This document shows positions 48,973 to 62,909 of a stretch of 64,000 nt of DNA, in pieces. A model generated the notes under the pieces. It saw nothing but the letters and a program-made list of their open reading frames with translations, did no database searches and was not told the DNA's origin. The number at the start of each line of letters is the position of its first letter. Position 1 is the stretch's first letter. This DNA comes from Octopus vulgaris (lineage: Eukaryota): NCBI GenBank assembly GCA_951406725.2, contig OX597829.1, positions 7,750,001 through 7,814,000 on the forward strand. Reading direction: 5' to 3'. A program made the translations under genes and the position numbers.

Positions 48973-50502
48973 TTTATTTGATAATTATACTTTTTTTTAA
49001 AAATATAATTCAGAGAATTATAATATAATATAGAAAATTATAATAACACCTTGAAACTAACAACTAAAAAAAATGTTCCTATGCTAACATAACTTCTTTC
49101 AGTTTCCATCCATCATATCTACCTGCAAGGCAATGTTTGATCCAAAGCTACTGTAGAAGACATTTGCTCAAGATGCCATGCAGTGGGAATGAACCCAGAA
49201 CCATGTGGTTGAAATCAAACTTCTTAACGCACAGCTACACCTGTGCTTATATTAGCATAAATACAATAATTTCTGTTTACTAGAACAATAGTTAATTTTT
49301 TTCTTTTTCTTTTTTTTGGTTTTACTACTGGATACCTTTTCTTAATATATCATGGTCAATAGTCTAGCATTTCCACAAACAAGATTCGCTGCTAGGTTAA
49401 ATTAAAAAAGTTGTGATGTGAAATGATGAGTAGTGTCATGATGTAAATAACTTATTATGAATGAGAGGAAAGTCAGCACAGAAAATACAAAAAGATGAAA
49501 AAAAGAAACTGCGACAGTCGAGTTGCGTTTAAATTCCTCATTAAGCACCAAAATGTGGCCTGAAATAACATCAAAATTCTATAATCATTATTACAGAACA
49601 CAAGCTAAATTTCCTTGTCAATCAAAAGTAGAAACAAGAGTTGTTAAATAGGGACAAGCTTAGAAAACATCTAATATGTTTTAATCATTATCAACAACAT
49701 GGATACCAAAACACAACTCACTATGAAGCCAATTAGCTATAAGCTTAAGATGTCAACATAGTCTAATTGATCAACCATTTAAAGGAGACATGCTACATGA
49801 AAATTCAGTGTATAGTTCACTCTATCTGATCAGGGGAAAATAAGGCAGAATATAAGAGCTTCTTTGAAATTTACCCAATGCTCACACAAGCTATCAAATT
49901 TTAGCTCAGATTCCTGTCAAATTTATGTAATAACAATAAGATAAGCAGCATAATTAATATAGAAAAGAACTAGATCATCTTAGCTCAGGATTCATCAGGT
50001 TGTTCCAGAGCTTCTTTGACATCATCAAGTAGTTCACCTTGGCCTTGGCTGTCGTAATTTCTCCCTTGCTCCTCTTATGAGTGGTAGCAAAAGCCCTCAT
50101 TCAGAACTAGCTTCATGATGGCAACTCCAGCATGCTTCTCACTTGTCCAAGGGCTGTATGTTTCAATGTTTCAAGTAGAATGGACACTTCAAAAAAGCAG
50201 AATGTCCTGCAAGACAATGGGTGATCAGAAAGACCTGCCATGAGTGTCCACACCTGAAAGTAGGGGATGTTCGTGGAAACTGAACACCAATTAACTGGCT
50301 TTCAAAGGTAGTTTAATGGTGCAATATATAAAAGTAGGTATCACAAGGAATATATTTAAATATAATTTCTACTGTACATTTTCTTGGAGAGCATCCAAAA
50401 AGAAACATTTTGAAACTTCATTGGTAAAATTTGGGTGAATTTTTAGGAAATATGACAATTTGAATGGTGAGAGAAATGGATGAAATCTTTTTTTATATCA
50501 AA

Positions 50503-51504
50503 CTAGCAGCATAGCCCGGCATTGCCCGGGTATGTAAGAGCCCCTAGTAGGCAACAACTAATCCCAATCTAGTCCTTTCTCTCTAAGGAACGAAGGCGCA
50601 TGTGTAGGTTGCAATGTCTTCTCTTCACTCGAATACTTCTGTGTATACGACGTTCCTAGCTGTCCCTTTGGGTGAAAACATGAAAACATCATTGTGCCTC
50701 CCAACGTGTAAACAGCCCACGTAGAGTTGACCGTGGGCGAAGCACTGTTCGCCCAACTGTAACCCAGTGACTTGTAGCGTTTGGCCTTGGGATTTATTGA
50801 TGGACATTGCGAAGCAGAGTTTAACAGGAAACTGAGAACACCTGAAGTGGATTGGTAGGTCAGCGCCCGACGGTTGAAGGTGCATGCATGGAATGAAGAC
50901 GTCCTCTCCCTTCCCACAAAGTAAACAGAACAGATTTGATGTGACAGTGGAGAAAGGAATGGATAAGACAACCGGTAAGTATTGTGGCCGTTATTAAATG
51001 TGGTGGCAAATGTTTCACAATCAGACGTGTGCCGTTGCACTGTTTAGGTGGAACCAAATTCCTGATGAGCATAATGGGCGCACCGACTTTTAACTTCAGG
51101 ATGTGTGGCGGCAGGCCTGGCGGTTCAAGTGAATTCAGGAATTCAACAGGATAATCGGCAGGCTCGGCGGGGTCTGCTGTCCTATCAATAGATTTGTAGA
51201 CGTGGACATCACCAGGAATAGCTTCAAGTAGTTGGATATTGATGGAGTTGAGAGTTAAAAAGGTCGAGTTGCGTCCCTTAGACATTCTGTGGTTTGTGTT
51301 TCTGATTCTCGACCCCATGTCGAATTTATCGATTTTTTTCAGAACTGGGCGAACTCTTCAAAATTTTCGCTGCGTTAGTTTTGAATTATGACATTGGGCT
51401 ATGTGTGTGTCAAGTTTCATCAGAATCGGTTGAAAGCCGTGGTCAGGGTGAGGGTACAACCTGACAGACACACAGACAGACAAACTGCCGTTTATATAGA
51501 GAGA
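50503..51504 (-). mobile_element. non-autonomous Helitron with PIF1-family helicase C-terminal remnant
   Basis: A|TC...CTAG|T termini, subterminal hairpin cccgggcaatgccggg; peptides EFLNSLEPPGLPPHILKLKVGAPIMLIRNL...CNGTRL and QFPVKLCFAMSINKSQGQTL...HGQLYV. Confidence 0.95.
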
Positions 51505-54500
51505 TTAAAGTGAAAACCTTCCTCTTCATGATAGTATTATTTTTAATATAACTTTAGTTATAGCACTCGAGCACGGTGAACTAAAATGAAGGCTGACATT
51601 CAATGGTCAAAAAGAGGAAAAAACAGGACAAACTTTGTGGAAATGCCAGGGTATTTGAGGGACCCTGACATGATATGTAACAGTTGGATTTTAATTAAAA
51701 GTATATGAGAAGAAAGTTCACATCCAGAACTTTCAAACAATATATAATTTTCTTCAGAAGATATTTATTTTGACATAAAAATGATGAAGCAAAAAGTGTG
51801 TTTTTTGCATGTTCAAACTGTGCTTGTCTCCATTGTACAACATTCTATAGTGATCCCTATTAGAAACAGTCAAAATAAGTAGCAGATTGGAATGAGTACT
51901 ATGATCAACTAAAAATCCTTGTAATGGTGCTGCTACATGGTCAGTCACAAAAATGAAGCCAGTAAAAGACTAAATGAACAAACATTACACAATAAAAGAA
52001 TAAACATATATTCATTACATGTATTTGCATAATATTGATGTTATAAAGAGGCAGAGATAAAATGCAAACAATTAAACATATCAAGTAAGGAAGAGGTTAC
52101 ATCAAAATGCTGTTTGGCAACCAACTAGAAGGGTTGAAAATGATGTGCAGTTTGCTCTCTAAGTTGCAGTGAAGAGATGATGTTACACAATTAGTAAAAA
52201 AGAACTGAGGTTTACCTAGTAAAGACATGGAAATGATACATAATTGTTACTACTGTACCATTATGTAACAAACAGATACTATTTAAAATTAGAATAAAGA
52301 AATTAATTAAAGTGGATAAACAAAGTTGTGAATTAATAATTATCGAAGGAATGTGTAACCTGCCTGATAGATGTCATTTACTGATTATTATCAATTGTTA
52401 CATTTCATTCTTCTTATGACTAGGTCAGAAGAAGGATAAGGTTTCCATGACTGCTGGACATATTCGTCCTCAAACCTGGATCAAATGTTTGTAACAGTGT
52501 AGACTCAGTTAAAGATATCCAAATGTCAAGTAATGATGATAATTATGTTAATCCAGGCAATGGATTAAGCTTATTACCTACAAAAATTGCATAGTGTAGC
52601 AAGTGAAGAGGAAGAAGATGATTGAGCACTGAACTGAAACTCATAAGTGTTTACAGTTTTGATCTTTTTTTTTTCTTCTTTTTTTGTTTAGTATCCTGTC
52701 ACACCTACTTGTATCTTTTACTTGTCAAGCAGGGAGTCAATGAAATAAATACCAGTAATCTATTGAAGTCACTACCAGGTGCTATACCATTCGCCTACAA
52801 AAATTAGCACTGTGTCTCATTAAAATAATCACTAACATCAATAATAGCAAGAGAGTTGTTTGGTCAGTGTTGAGCCAGTGCTAAACAACAACTACTGAAC
52901 CAAAGATTATCACCATCATCATTAACTTTTACCTTATCTTCATAATCATTATCATTGACACGTTTAATATATTTTAATTTATACACAATGCTGTGATTGG
53001 ACATACATTCAAAACAACATCTTGCTATGACAATTTATTTCATGCACTAATTCATCTATAAGGCCTGACTTTTTAATATATAACTAATGGAATTAGAATA
53101 GAGACTATTGGTGACCTGCTTTAGTGAAGTCAGTTTGCTTAGAAGCTGAAATGGAGATTTTTCTGTAGCATAAGGAAAATAAATTTTCAACAAAGTTAGC
53201 GCATAGTTTTTCATCCTGTCTGAACATAGAATTTTCCATTCCTATTATCTCATCTCACAACCAGCCGGAAGTTGTCTCTGTAATGCAAACTACTGTCTGC
53301 ATGGTCATCTGGCTTGCTGGAAATAAAAGCCAAAGCTCCCTCAAACATTATACACATACACACACAAAAGAAAAGAAAATAGAACAAGATATTAGGTAAT
53401 CTAGTCCCAGAAACACTGCCTGAAATAAATATGAAATGGTCACAGCTGGAATGCTCATTGAGAACTCACCTGGGGCTAAGTAACAACAATCATAACATAT
53501 AACAATTTAAAGCCAAATATACAGCTGTTGTTCTTTGGCCTAATTCTACCCCAACTAGCATAACTATGTCCTTTGTTACATCATCCATTTAAATAACATG
53601 TTCAGATAAGTACAACTGTCCTTGTTGCACACATCTATCATCTTTAATATATAATAAATGCCTATTACTATTTTCTGCGAATTATAAAGTGCTGAACACA
53701 TGATGTATAACAGCACACCCTCCTTTTCTACATTCTGATCATGATCACTTCCTTAATGAAAAATTCTGCAAATAATAAAAACATTAGTGTGTTTTATTTG
53801 CAGTATTTGTTTTATGTATTTTTGTTTATAGCAAACTTTATAATTGTAAGCTAATTTTTGACCCATTAGCCTATATTAATAACTTCCCAATCTGAAAACT
53901 GATGCAGCAGACTTATGCATTAGGCTTTCTCACACATACCATCAGACCTCTTCATTCAGTTCTTGACCCTTCCTGACTTCAAGGCTCCCTGACTGTAGAA
54001 GCTTTGACAAGCATTTATTCTTGAAGGCTTTCATAAACATTTTGAAATTAAAAACAAAACTACAAAAATTTTTTAAAATCAAAAATTATGTTTTCCAAAA
54101 TGCAATTTGATAGATTCTACCATAAAGCTTAAATTCTTTACTGAAAAAGCAAAACATACACTTCTCTAAACCTTCAACATAAATCTGAAATTCATCCCTA
54201 AGATATTTTGCTCTAATTAATTTCCTGCAATTCACTGAAAATCAATAAATTTACTCTGAGAAAACATACATTATTTGATAATGATATCACCTTAATGAAA
54301 ATGAAGAATATCTATTCTGAAACTGTAAAACAATCAAAAAGTTTATTTTATTCATGATAACTTAAATTTAATACTAGCTCTACTATTAAAATCTGTTTCA
54401 GGAGACTAGAAGCTCTCAGATTTTTTTCTTCTAGTGTATCTCATCATGGTTGGCATATCTAGCTTAAAGAATATCATGTAAAAAAAAAAAAAGAAAAAAA

Positions 54501-54586
54501 AAAGAAATTCTGATATCATGCCATAAAAGAAATCAATTCCAAGACTTTTTCAACAAGTAATTCAATTGTTGACGTGGTTTCAAAAA

Positions 54587-54629
54587 TGCACCTCTGTATC
54601 CTTTTCAATAGAAGGATAACAGAGGTGCA
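54587..54629. repeat. 43-nt near-perfect hairpin
   Basis: tgcacctctgt-atccttt [tcaata] gaaggat-a-acagaggtgca. Confidence 0.75.
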
Positions 54630-57064
54630 GAATATTTGCTTTCTGTTATAAGCATTGCTGAAAACCTTTGCTCACAACAATAAATGGATGTGTATAGTTT
54701 ATAGACAAATGAGTTGTGTTTAATTGATTACAATGACTTCACAAATCCAATATTTTACAAATCTTATCAACTTTGCAATTACTCTTGCACATGCCAGTTT
54801 GAGAATCTGTTTTACACTTAATAACTTATTTCCTCCCTGCATTATGTCCACTTTCTGTAAGAGCTTCCATCATTCAGTAATAATTAATCATAAGTTTAAT
54901 CAGTGAATGAGGAAAACATCATTCACCAAGATCTGACTTAGGCCTTTTCAGCATTAAAAACTTCCTTAGCTCAGCTTACCCTTTATTCTCCTTTACCATG
55001 TTTTAGTAATACCATTTTTTATGACTGTTTTGCTCAAATCAGCAATTACCCAGAAAAACTCTGCTCACGACTATTCTAGCTATAAGCACTGCATCTTTTT
55101 TTCTCTAAGCATAACATATTTTAGGACCACATTATCAAATGGGCTCTAACATTTTACCTTTTTTTGACCAAAGTGCTTATGAAATAAACTTATTTGGGCT
55201 TCATGTCATTTTAAAATAACCTAGCATTTGTGGAAATTTAAAAAAGTAAATTATCTTTTTCATTAACAAACTGGTGTTAGGAATATAAATTCACAAAAAA
55301 TTTCTTACATAAAATTATGGAAGGTTTTAATTTAGATAACATTTTAAAATGAGAATCTTGTGTTAATGGTGGTTTTATGTAAGATGCTGTGAAAAGGGTT
55401 AAAACAGTTAAATCTGCTTTGAGGCTTTCTAAAAGATCCAAAGATCACAGAGGTTTCCTTGCAGACTTTACTGCTTACACTGTCTGCTAAAATTTTTACT
55501 TGCCTGGATGTGGTTAATTAAATGAAGCACTTATCCTAAAATTTTGTAATTAAAAAAGGAATTGCCTACTTGAAAGAAAAGGTTTATGAGCTTCCAAAAA
55601 AGATTTAGCCATGACACTGACTTTACAAGCAATCAAGTCTAAAATGTTACTCCATTAAAATGTTGATTTATTATATCAGCATAAAGCCAGAATTATTTAC
55701 AGAAGGGTGTAAGTATTTGAATTGATCCCTCTATTTCAATGGTTTTTATTTTAATGTTACAAGAGGAAATTACAAAAAGAAAGAAAGGCAAAATTTTAAA
55801 ATTCCAACAGCATCTGAATTCTAAACACTGTCATTTATTTAGTGCAGAACTCAACTGTTTCACTCAACTTACTGACTTTGTTTCATTGATTTATTATTTT
55901 TTAATTGAATTTACTTATTTAATTTCAATGCTCTCAGTGACCAGAGAAATATGCAAGTTTCAAACAAATAAGTTACTTGGCTGAAATTTAACCACCAAAT
56001 GCAAAATTAATAATTATAAATTTCAATAACATACAAGAACTTGCACAATTTCACACTCCCTAAAATATTTAAGGATACCACTGAAATTACTAACTTTAAA
56101 AAAAAAAAATAAATAAATAAACAAATTGTTAAATTCCAAAAGGAATTCAATTCATAATTTGTTTGTAGACTGAAAGTTCTAAAAGTTGAAAAAAAAAAAT
56201 TTCTTTTGCAGTATATCTCTATATTGCTTTCATTGAAGTGAATGTTACCATGCTGGGATAGTTCATTTGGGACTGAAATACAAGATCCTTAGATAGGAAA
56301 TAAAATGAGTTTTGCAAAGAGGAAGGGGAAAAGAGAAAAGAGTAAAATTACAAAAATGGAGGTGGGGTGTAGAGAAGAAAAATAAAATTACAAAAGGGAC
56401 AAGAAGTGGAAGGGAAGAGTGAAATTTTAAAAGGGACGAAACACAAAAATGCAAGCAGAATAAAACAGTGAAGTTAGTTCTATTTATATTTAATATATAT
56501 TATTGTATATTTACTTGTAATGCTAAGAGAAATAACAGATTAAAACAGAATAACTTGTCAATAAAGATAATTAGTTACAACTTCTGTATCAGGAATCAAG
56601 GTTCATTATTTCAAAGATGTGCTTCAGATTGCATTAACGAATGTAAGTTCATTCCCAACAAGAGTTCAGTTCCGCAGTGTAGCACCTTGGGCAGGTGCCT
56701 TCTACATAACCTAGAGCTCACCAAAATCCTGTAAACGAATTTGGCAGATGGAAAGTAAAAAGAACAAAAACAACTCATTAATTGTGTGAGTGCATATGTC
56801 TATGAGTGTGCATGTAAGCATGAGCACATACATGTGTCTGTGTGCTTGTTTACATTTGAGCTCTACAAAAGTTGCTCAATGCAGGCAGTGTTGATGCCAT
56901 TTCTACAGTCAGCAAACAACCTGCAGCTTCACACCTTCAACAACATGTGAAATAAAATTCCTTACTTGTAAAACTGGCATACATAAAAATATACACCAAT
57001 AAACACAGATATATATTATGAAGATATGCATCTTCAAGATCATCATTTTACATCTATTGAAATC

Positions 57065-57302
57065 AGCAAGCTGGGAGAAATGTTAGCACACCAGGCGAAA
57101 TGTTAGCACACCAGGCGAATGTTAGCACACACAGGTATTTCATCTGCTGTTACGTTCTGAGTTCAAATTCTGCCGAGGTCGACTTTGCCTTTCATCCTTT
57201 CGGGGTTGATAAATTAAGTATCATTTGCGTACTGGGGGTTGATCTAATCGACTAGCTCCCTCCCCCAAAATTTCAGGATTTGTGCCTAGAGTAGAAAAGA
57301 TT
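57065..57302 (+). mobile_element. SINE family B with triplicated 20-bp head unit
   Basis: 'gaaatgttagcacaccaggc' occurs about three times, then 'gagttcaaattctgccgaggtcgactttgcctttcatcctttcgggg'. Confidence 0.85.
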
Positions 57303-57329
57303 ATTTTAGGTCTAATTTTGTATGCTTGC

Positions 57330-58700
57330 ATGGTTTCAATGTAACTTACAATTTTAGGGGTCTTGTTGAAATGTTATGAGATCCAGCATGCTTAGATTAA
57401 CCTTTACTATTTCTTCCAAGCTATACTGTTCTGCAAGGTTCTTTTAGATTGCTTTGCATTTCTTTACTCTATCAAATATCTGTAACAGCTTAGTCTTCTG
57501 TCTTTAACATTCCATCTAATTACTCTTATACATATGTCTGATTCATTGTTTGTGCTTATTAATATTACACATCGAATGGCAGTTACTCCATTTTGCTTCA
57601 ATTTTCATACACAATTTATATTCAATACCCATAGTTTGTTATCATGCAACACCTCGCTTTATTCATAAGGTTAAAATAATCAGTCCCTCATTTGGAGAAA
57701 GGATCTTTATGTTACCTACAAGGGTGATAGTCCCCTGAAATTAGGTTATTGAAGCTGTCAATACAAAAGCTGTCAATTACTTTTAGGGAACCCCACCAAA
57801 CATTTGGAAGAGTTTGAGTTCTCAATGTTAACTACTCTTATTCACCTTTTAGACATGAAATCTTATTTCTCTATCAGTCAGCTTGTGATCCCATAATATC
57901 TCTTGTACAATCATAATTTATAATGGATATAACACATAGAATTCCTACCTACTTGACTTCTGCATATTGAAATTGGTCACTCCTCACATGGCATCAGGAT
58001 CCGGTCTTTCTGTAACTAAAACTTTTGTTGGTTCGCATTGGAACCTCTCAACCTTAAGTTTTATTTCCTGTCTGTTATTAGACTTATGTGACCAGCATTC
58101 AAGTTTGAACCAGTTTATACTCTTCTTTTATGACCAGGAGAGTCAAATTTTGATATTGCTCACTCACCTTGCTGACAGCATGCCTATATAATGTACACAA
58201 ACCATTCATCTGTATCTACTCTTCTCAGTGACAAACCTAACTACATGGTACGGTACTCTTTAAGTCATCAAAGATTAGCACTTTGCTAAGAACTTTTATA
58301 TTTGGCTCAAAAGGAGGACCAGTGGCATCATGGCACAAACAAAAATGGTATTTTATCTAAGTTAATTTTTTTTTCTCTAATTACTTGTACTACAACTCTT
58401 TCTGTATTAACTGGGTTCAATAGTTTTAAATTTCTGTGGTTACTTCTTTTAAAAACATCACTTTTACCCTTCCCGTAATTGATGATGGTAATACTAAATC
58501 AGTTATTGGAAATGATCTAAGTGGTAGATGCATACCTTAGTTCAAAGGATATATTCAATATCTCAACAACTATCTTTGGTCATTCAACTGTTTTTCTTAC
58601 TTTCATGTCTTTCAATGAAATCTCAGCCATCAATTTTAATAGCTGGTTTATTTATTGGGTTTGCTTGGGATAATTCTTTTTCCTCCTATATATTCTCTTC
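57330..58700 (-). mobile_element. very old R4/Dong-like RT relic
   Basis: Traces in the expected order on the minus strand: a GPD-like motif (~58000), 'tttcaggggactatcaccc' resembling FQGDSLSP (~57730), then a GME/KC-like trace; heavily decayed. Confidence 0.35.
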
Positions 58701-59093
58701 ATTCTCTATCCTCTTGCATTTCCATGCCACCTTCTCAAATATTAGTGTCAGTGAGAGTACTGATACCATTTTCAACAATGATATTCAGATTCATTGTCTT
58801 ACAAAACAGAACAGCTCAGGCCTCTAACCCATGTGTTACCAACATGCAAAAAACACTTGACTTGTTTCTTGATAAGTAAACCTAATGTCTAACTTCCCTT
58901 CTAATTACCACATACTGTTTCTTATTTTAACCATTTTTTTCCATTCTTTCAAGCCTATCTCTAAGATATTATGAGTCTATTTACCATATCATTTCACTAT
59001 CATATCACCTATCTGATTAAAATCTTACTCCATCCATAGATTTGGTCCATGGCTCACCAGGTTCTGTTTTAACCATAAGACTACAACTCCAAA

Positions 59094-59540
59094 CTATGTA
59101 TATAAAGCTGAAGTTGTCTGTGTGCGTGTGTGGGGCAGGTTTGGTAGCCTTCAACTAACACTATCTCCTCCGAGACCCTGCAGCGCAAGTTGACCACAAT
59201 TGAGAGTATGATAGAAGAAGGCTTGCTTTTCATTCCATAGAAGAAAAAATTCAAATCGGACTATGTTAACACCAAAAATTATTTACATCAAAAAGGTGCT
59301 TTTTTTCTACGAAAATTCCTATTTTTTACGACTTTTTTGACTGCTGTGTCGCCATTTTTCGGTGTATTTCAACCAGAAAAATGTTCACTTAAAGAGAATA
59401 ACAAGCTACATAATGCAAAATTTTTACTTTTCAAAAAAGATTGAAACTATGTCAAAATTTTGTTAACTTGACATCAAAGTCTGCTGTTTTAAGCGCAACT
59501 AAAAAGAACAAACCCGAGCAACGCCGGGCTATACTGGTAG
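59094..59540 (+). mobile_element. non-autonomous Helitron
   Basis: 5' 'tatataaagctgaagttgtctg', 3' 'cccgagcaacgccggg ctatactgGTAG|t'; same terminal design as 5131-5529 and 50503-51504. Confidence 0.8.
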
Positions 59541-60483
59541 TACATATTAAAGGGGATAATGCATATGAAATATATCAGTGAACTTCAAAAGTCTAAACTC
59601 TGATAAAAGTGTTATGTTTCTAACATTCAAAGCTTTATAATGGTGGTATTGAAACAGAACCTACATTTTTCCCAAGACTACATTCAGAGTTACACACACA
59701 CACACACATGCAAAGAGTAGATCTAGAAAATAAAGCTCCAACTACTTCATAGGATACAATTTTATTGTTTCTTTCATATTCTTCATATACTTCAGAAACA
59801 TAATTGTAACAAGTGCTTGCTTATCATACTGGGACCTTTTGCTTTTTTTAATTTTTTTATGGTGATTGATGAAATTGTAAACTTTCTGTACAAAAAAAAA
59901 TAACCCCTAAGAAAACAAGAATTTCAAAATGCATGCGTGTGCGTCTATAGATATTTTAATATGTGAGTATCTGTACAGAGAAGTGTAACTATATACGATT
60001 ATTGTAACAATAATATTAGTTATACTGAAGTTATAGTTCTTCAACCCCAAGAGAAAAAGTGCTGACAACTATCCATCTTGCTCTTATTTACATTCAAGGA
60101 TTTTGCGTAAAAAAATATGTGATACCCAATGCACTCAAATATTATTGAACTAAAATTTTTTTTTAAATGTCTTACTAGAAACAGTTGTTGTTGCTGCTGC
60201 CACCACTTTCACAAGCACCACTATTACCACCATCATTATATATTTATGCAAGTGATCATCATCATCATCATCATCATCACTTAACGTCCATTTTCGATGC
60301 CGGCATGGGTTGGACAGTTTTCCAGGAGCTGGCCAGCCAGGGAGCTGATCAGACTCCAATTGCCTGTTGTATCACAGTTTTTCGGGCTGGATGTCCTTCC
60401 TAATGCCAACCACTTTACAGAGTGCACTGGGTGCTTTTTACTTACCACCAGCACACAATAATAATAATAATAATAATAAAAAG

Positions 60484-60650
60484 GGCCATGTGCTGTTTAT
60501 CTTGATATGAGATCACCATGTCGTGCACATATGGTTGTGATGCATGTACTTGGTGTACCCTTATCAGACGGGTAGTCATGGTGGATATACTGGGCTTTGT
60601 AAATTTCTACCCCAGTGCCACTTTGATGGTATGCACTGCTCTCTCACTCA
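60484..60650 (+). mobile_element. truncated copy of the (AAT)n-flanked repeat
   Basis: Homologous to the reverse complement of 33108-33268. Confidence 0.7.
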
Positions 60651-60689
60651 TCATCAACAACAGCAACAACAGGCTATTGATACCATTGG

Positions 60690-61160
60690 GGGAGTTATGA
60701 AGTAAATAGAAAAGATGGGCTATAAGTACTTAGGGATATTGGAAATGGATAAATTGATGGAGAAACGACAGAAAAATTTAAGATGGAGTACATGCACAGA
60801 CTGAGACTGATCCTGTAGTAGAAATTAAATGGATGGGATAAGATTGAAGCTATCAACACCTGGGCAGTTTCATTCCTAAGATATGGAGCAGGGGTAACCG
60901 CATGGACAGTAGACAAACTAAACAGCTTAGACAGAAAGACAAGGAAGTTGCTGATTAGATTTAGGACACTCCACCCAAAAAGTGGCACAGACAGACTGGG
61001 GGAAGAGGACTGATTGGATGCGAACACAACATTAGAGTAGAAGAAAACAACATAGCACGATATGTAAAAAATGCCACAGACCACAATTATTGAAAGTAAG
61101 AAGGTCAAGCTTGGGTAGGATTAATGATTGCAAAGATAAAGACCAGTACAAGCACTTGAG
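60690..61160 (+). mobile_element. R4/Dong-like LINE fragment
   Basis: YKYLGILEMD...AINTWAVSFLRYGAG...LDRKTRKLL...LHPKSGTDRL. Confidence 0.8.
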
Positions 61161-61579
61161 AATGAATTTTGTTTCAGAACATTTCCCAAACTGATAATTT
61201 GATCTGTTGACCCTTGTACATGATGAAAAACCAGACTCCCCATACTGTCCACGTGTGTATGAACATGCTAAATATAATTGTACACACCCGTATTTCATTT
61301 AATGCTGTATAGTGCAGCTACAGTTAGCTACTTCCAGCTTGATAAAGTTTTCCTCAAATCAAAGGGGTGGAAGGATAGCCAGAGTAGCAAGGTGTATATG
61401 TGTGTGTGTCTGTGAGCAAGTCATGTGAATATGTCAGTGACTTTATTAGTGTATCTGTATGAATGTATGCACAAAAACAAACATGTACGAGGGTGTGCAC
61501 GCATGCACATGTATTAATGCATACATGCATAGATACATACATGAGGGTGTATTTATGTGCATATATGCAAACATACAAG

Positions 61580-61784
61580 GTTCCTGGCTTCGGGTAAAAG
61601 AAGATACAAGCGGTATCAGTTGATTATGATTTTATGCAACATGTTCCCCTCTCAGGTTCACACACTTATTGCAGTGGCCCTTCAATTTTTTCTAATCCCC
61701 GTAAAAGAACTTAGAAGGTTGGGCCTCCAACTAGCCTTTCACAATACCCTTAAGGTCAGGAACATTTTTCACCAATCCCTTGTA
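61580..61784 (-). mobile_element. mariner-derived MITE (same family as 43253)
   Basis: Reverse-complement similarity to 43253-43458, including the transposase C-terminal remnant. Confidence 0.7.
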
Positions 61785-62909
61785 TATGTGTGTGTGTATG
61801 CACGTGCATGTATCTATATGTGTATGTGTGTGTGTGTGTGTGTGTGTTTGTGTAAATACATGTTTGCATAACATTTGCATTTCTAATATAAGAACAAGCT
61901 ATTTTTAGTGGCTACAAAAGATTGCTCAGTATCTACATATGATAACACAAAAGATGCAGAAATGCAGGAAACCTATGACCCAATAATATCATTCACAGCT
62001 CAAAGGAGTATTTTCCACAATTATCTATTACGAGAATTTTCTCTCAAGACAATTTCTACAGAGCATGTATTTTGTCATCCAAATGTATAAAGAAACGTTA
62101 AATATGACTGTACATGCCTATTTATCCTCATCATCATCACCACCACCACCACCAACACCATGCTCGCTTAGGTTGGACCCATTTGATAGGATTTGGCAAG
62201 CCACAGAGTTGCATCAAGCCCCAATCCACATCACAGAATGCACTGGGTGCTCTTTTTGTAGAATCAGCATTAACAAAGTTGCTAAGTAACTTGCAAAGCA
62301 GAAATAAAAGGAACAGGAAGAAAGAAAAAGAGCAGGGAATTAAAAAGAAGGGAGAAAACAAACAAAAGTCACCATGACTATATTTGAGGTGGGGAGTATT
62401 CGAGGGGGGAAGTATCCCAGGTGTTGAGAAGCTATAAAGGTGCAGCAAGAACAAACCTAGATGGCTTGTGATAGAGATACAAAGCTGAATGGTTGGAAAG
62501 CTGGGAAGAAGACAGAAGTGGTGGTGACATGCTGGAGCATGTTAGGCGATGAGATGTGGGGTAAAAGCATAATGGGGGGGGGGGGCAGAAAGAGAGAGAG
62601 AGAGAGACCCATATGCAGAAATATATCCAAGTTTGCTTTAGGATATTATTTTTGCTGCAATGGCTAGGTCTTCCTCAGTAGAGCACATTGCCAATCTTGT
62701 CAGTCCCTTTTAATCTATTCAGCAGCATGAGATCAGATTTCACAACTTCATCCTGTGTTTTCCTGGGCTTACCTCTTCTGCAAGCTGCATCTAGTTAAAG
62801 CAATCAACACTTCCACATACAGCTTTCCTCTTTCCTATGCATCACCAGTGCATTTTCTCTCATGCATTTTACATCATTCAATACCTCTTATATCTAATAT
62901 ATATATATA

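Noticed and set aside
50558-51318. Host PIF1 helicase gene
   Set aside because: Partial, frameshifted and bounded by Helitron TC/CTAG termini with a subterminal hairpin
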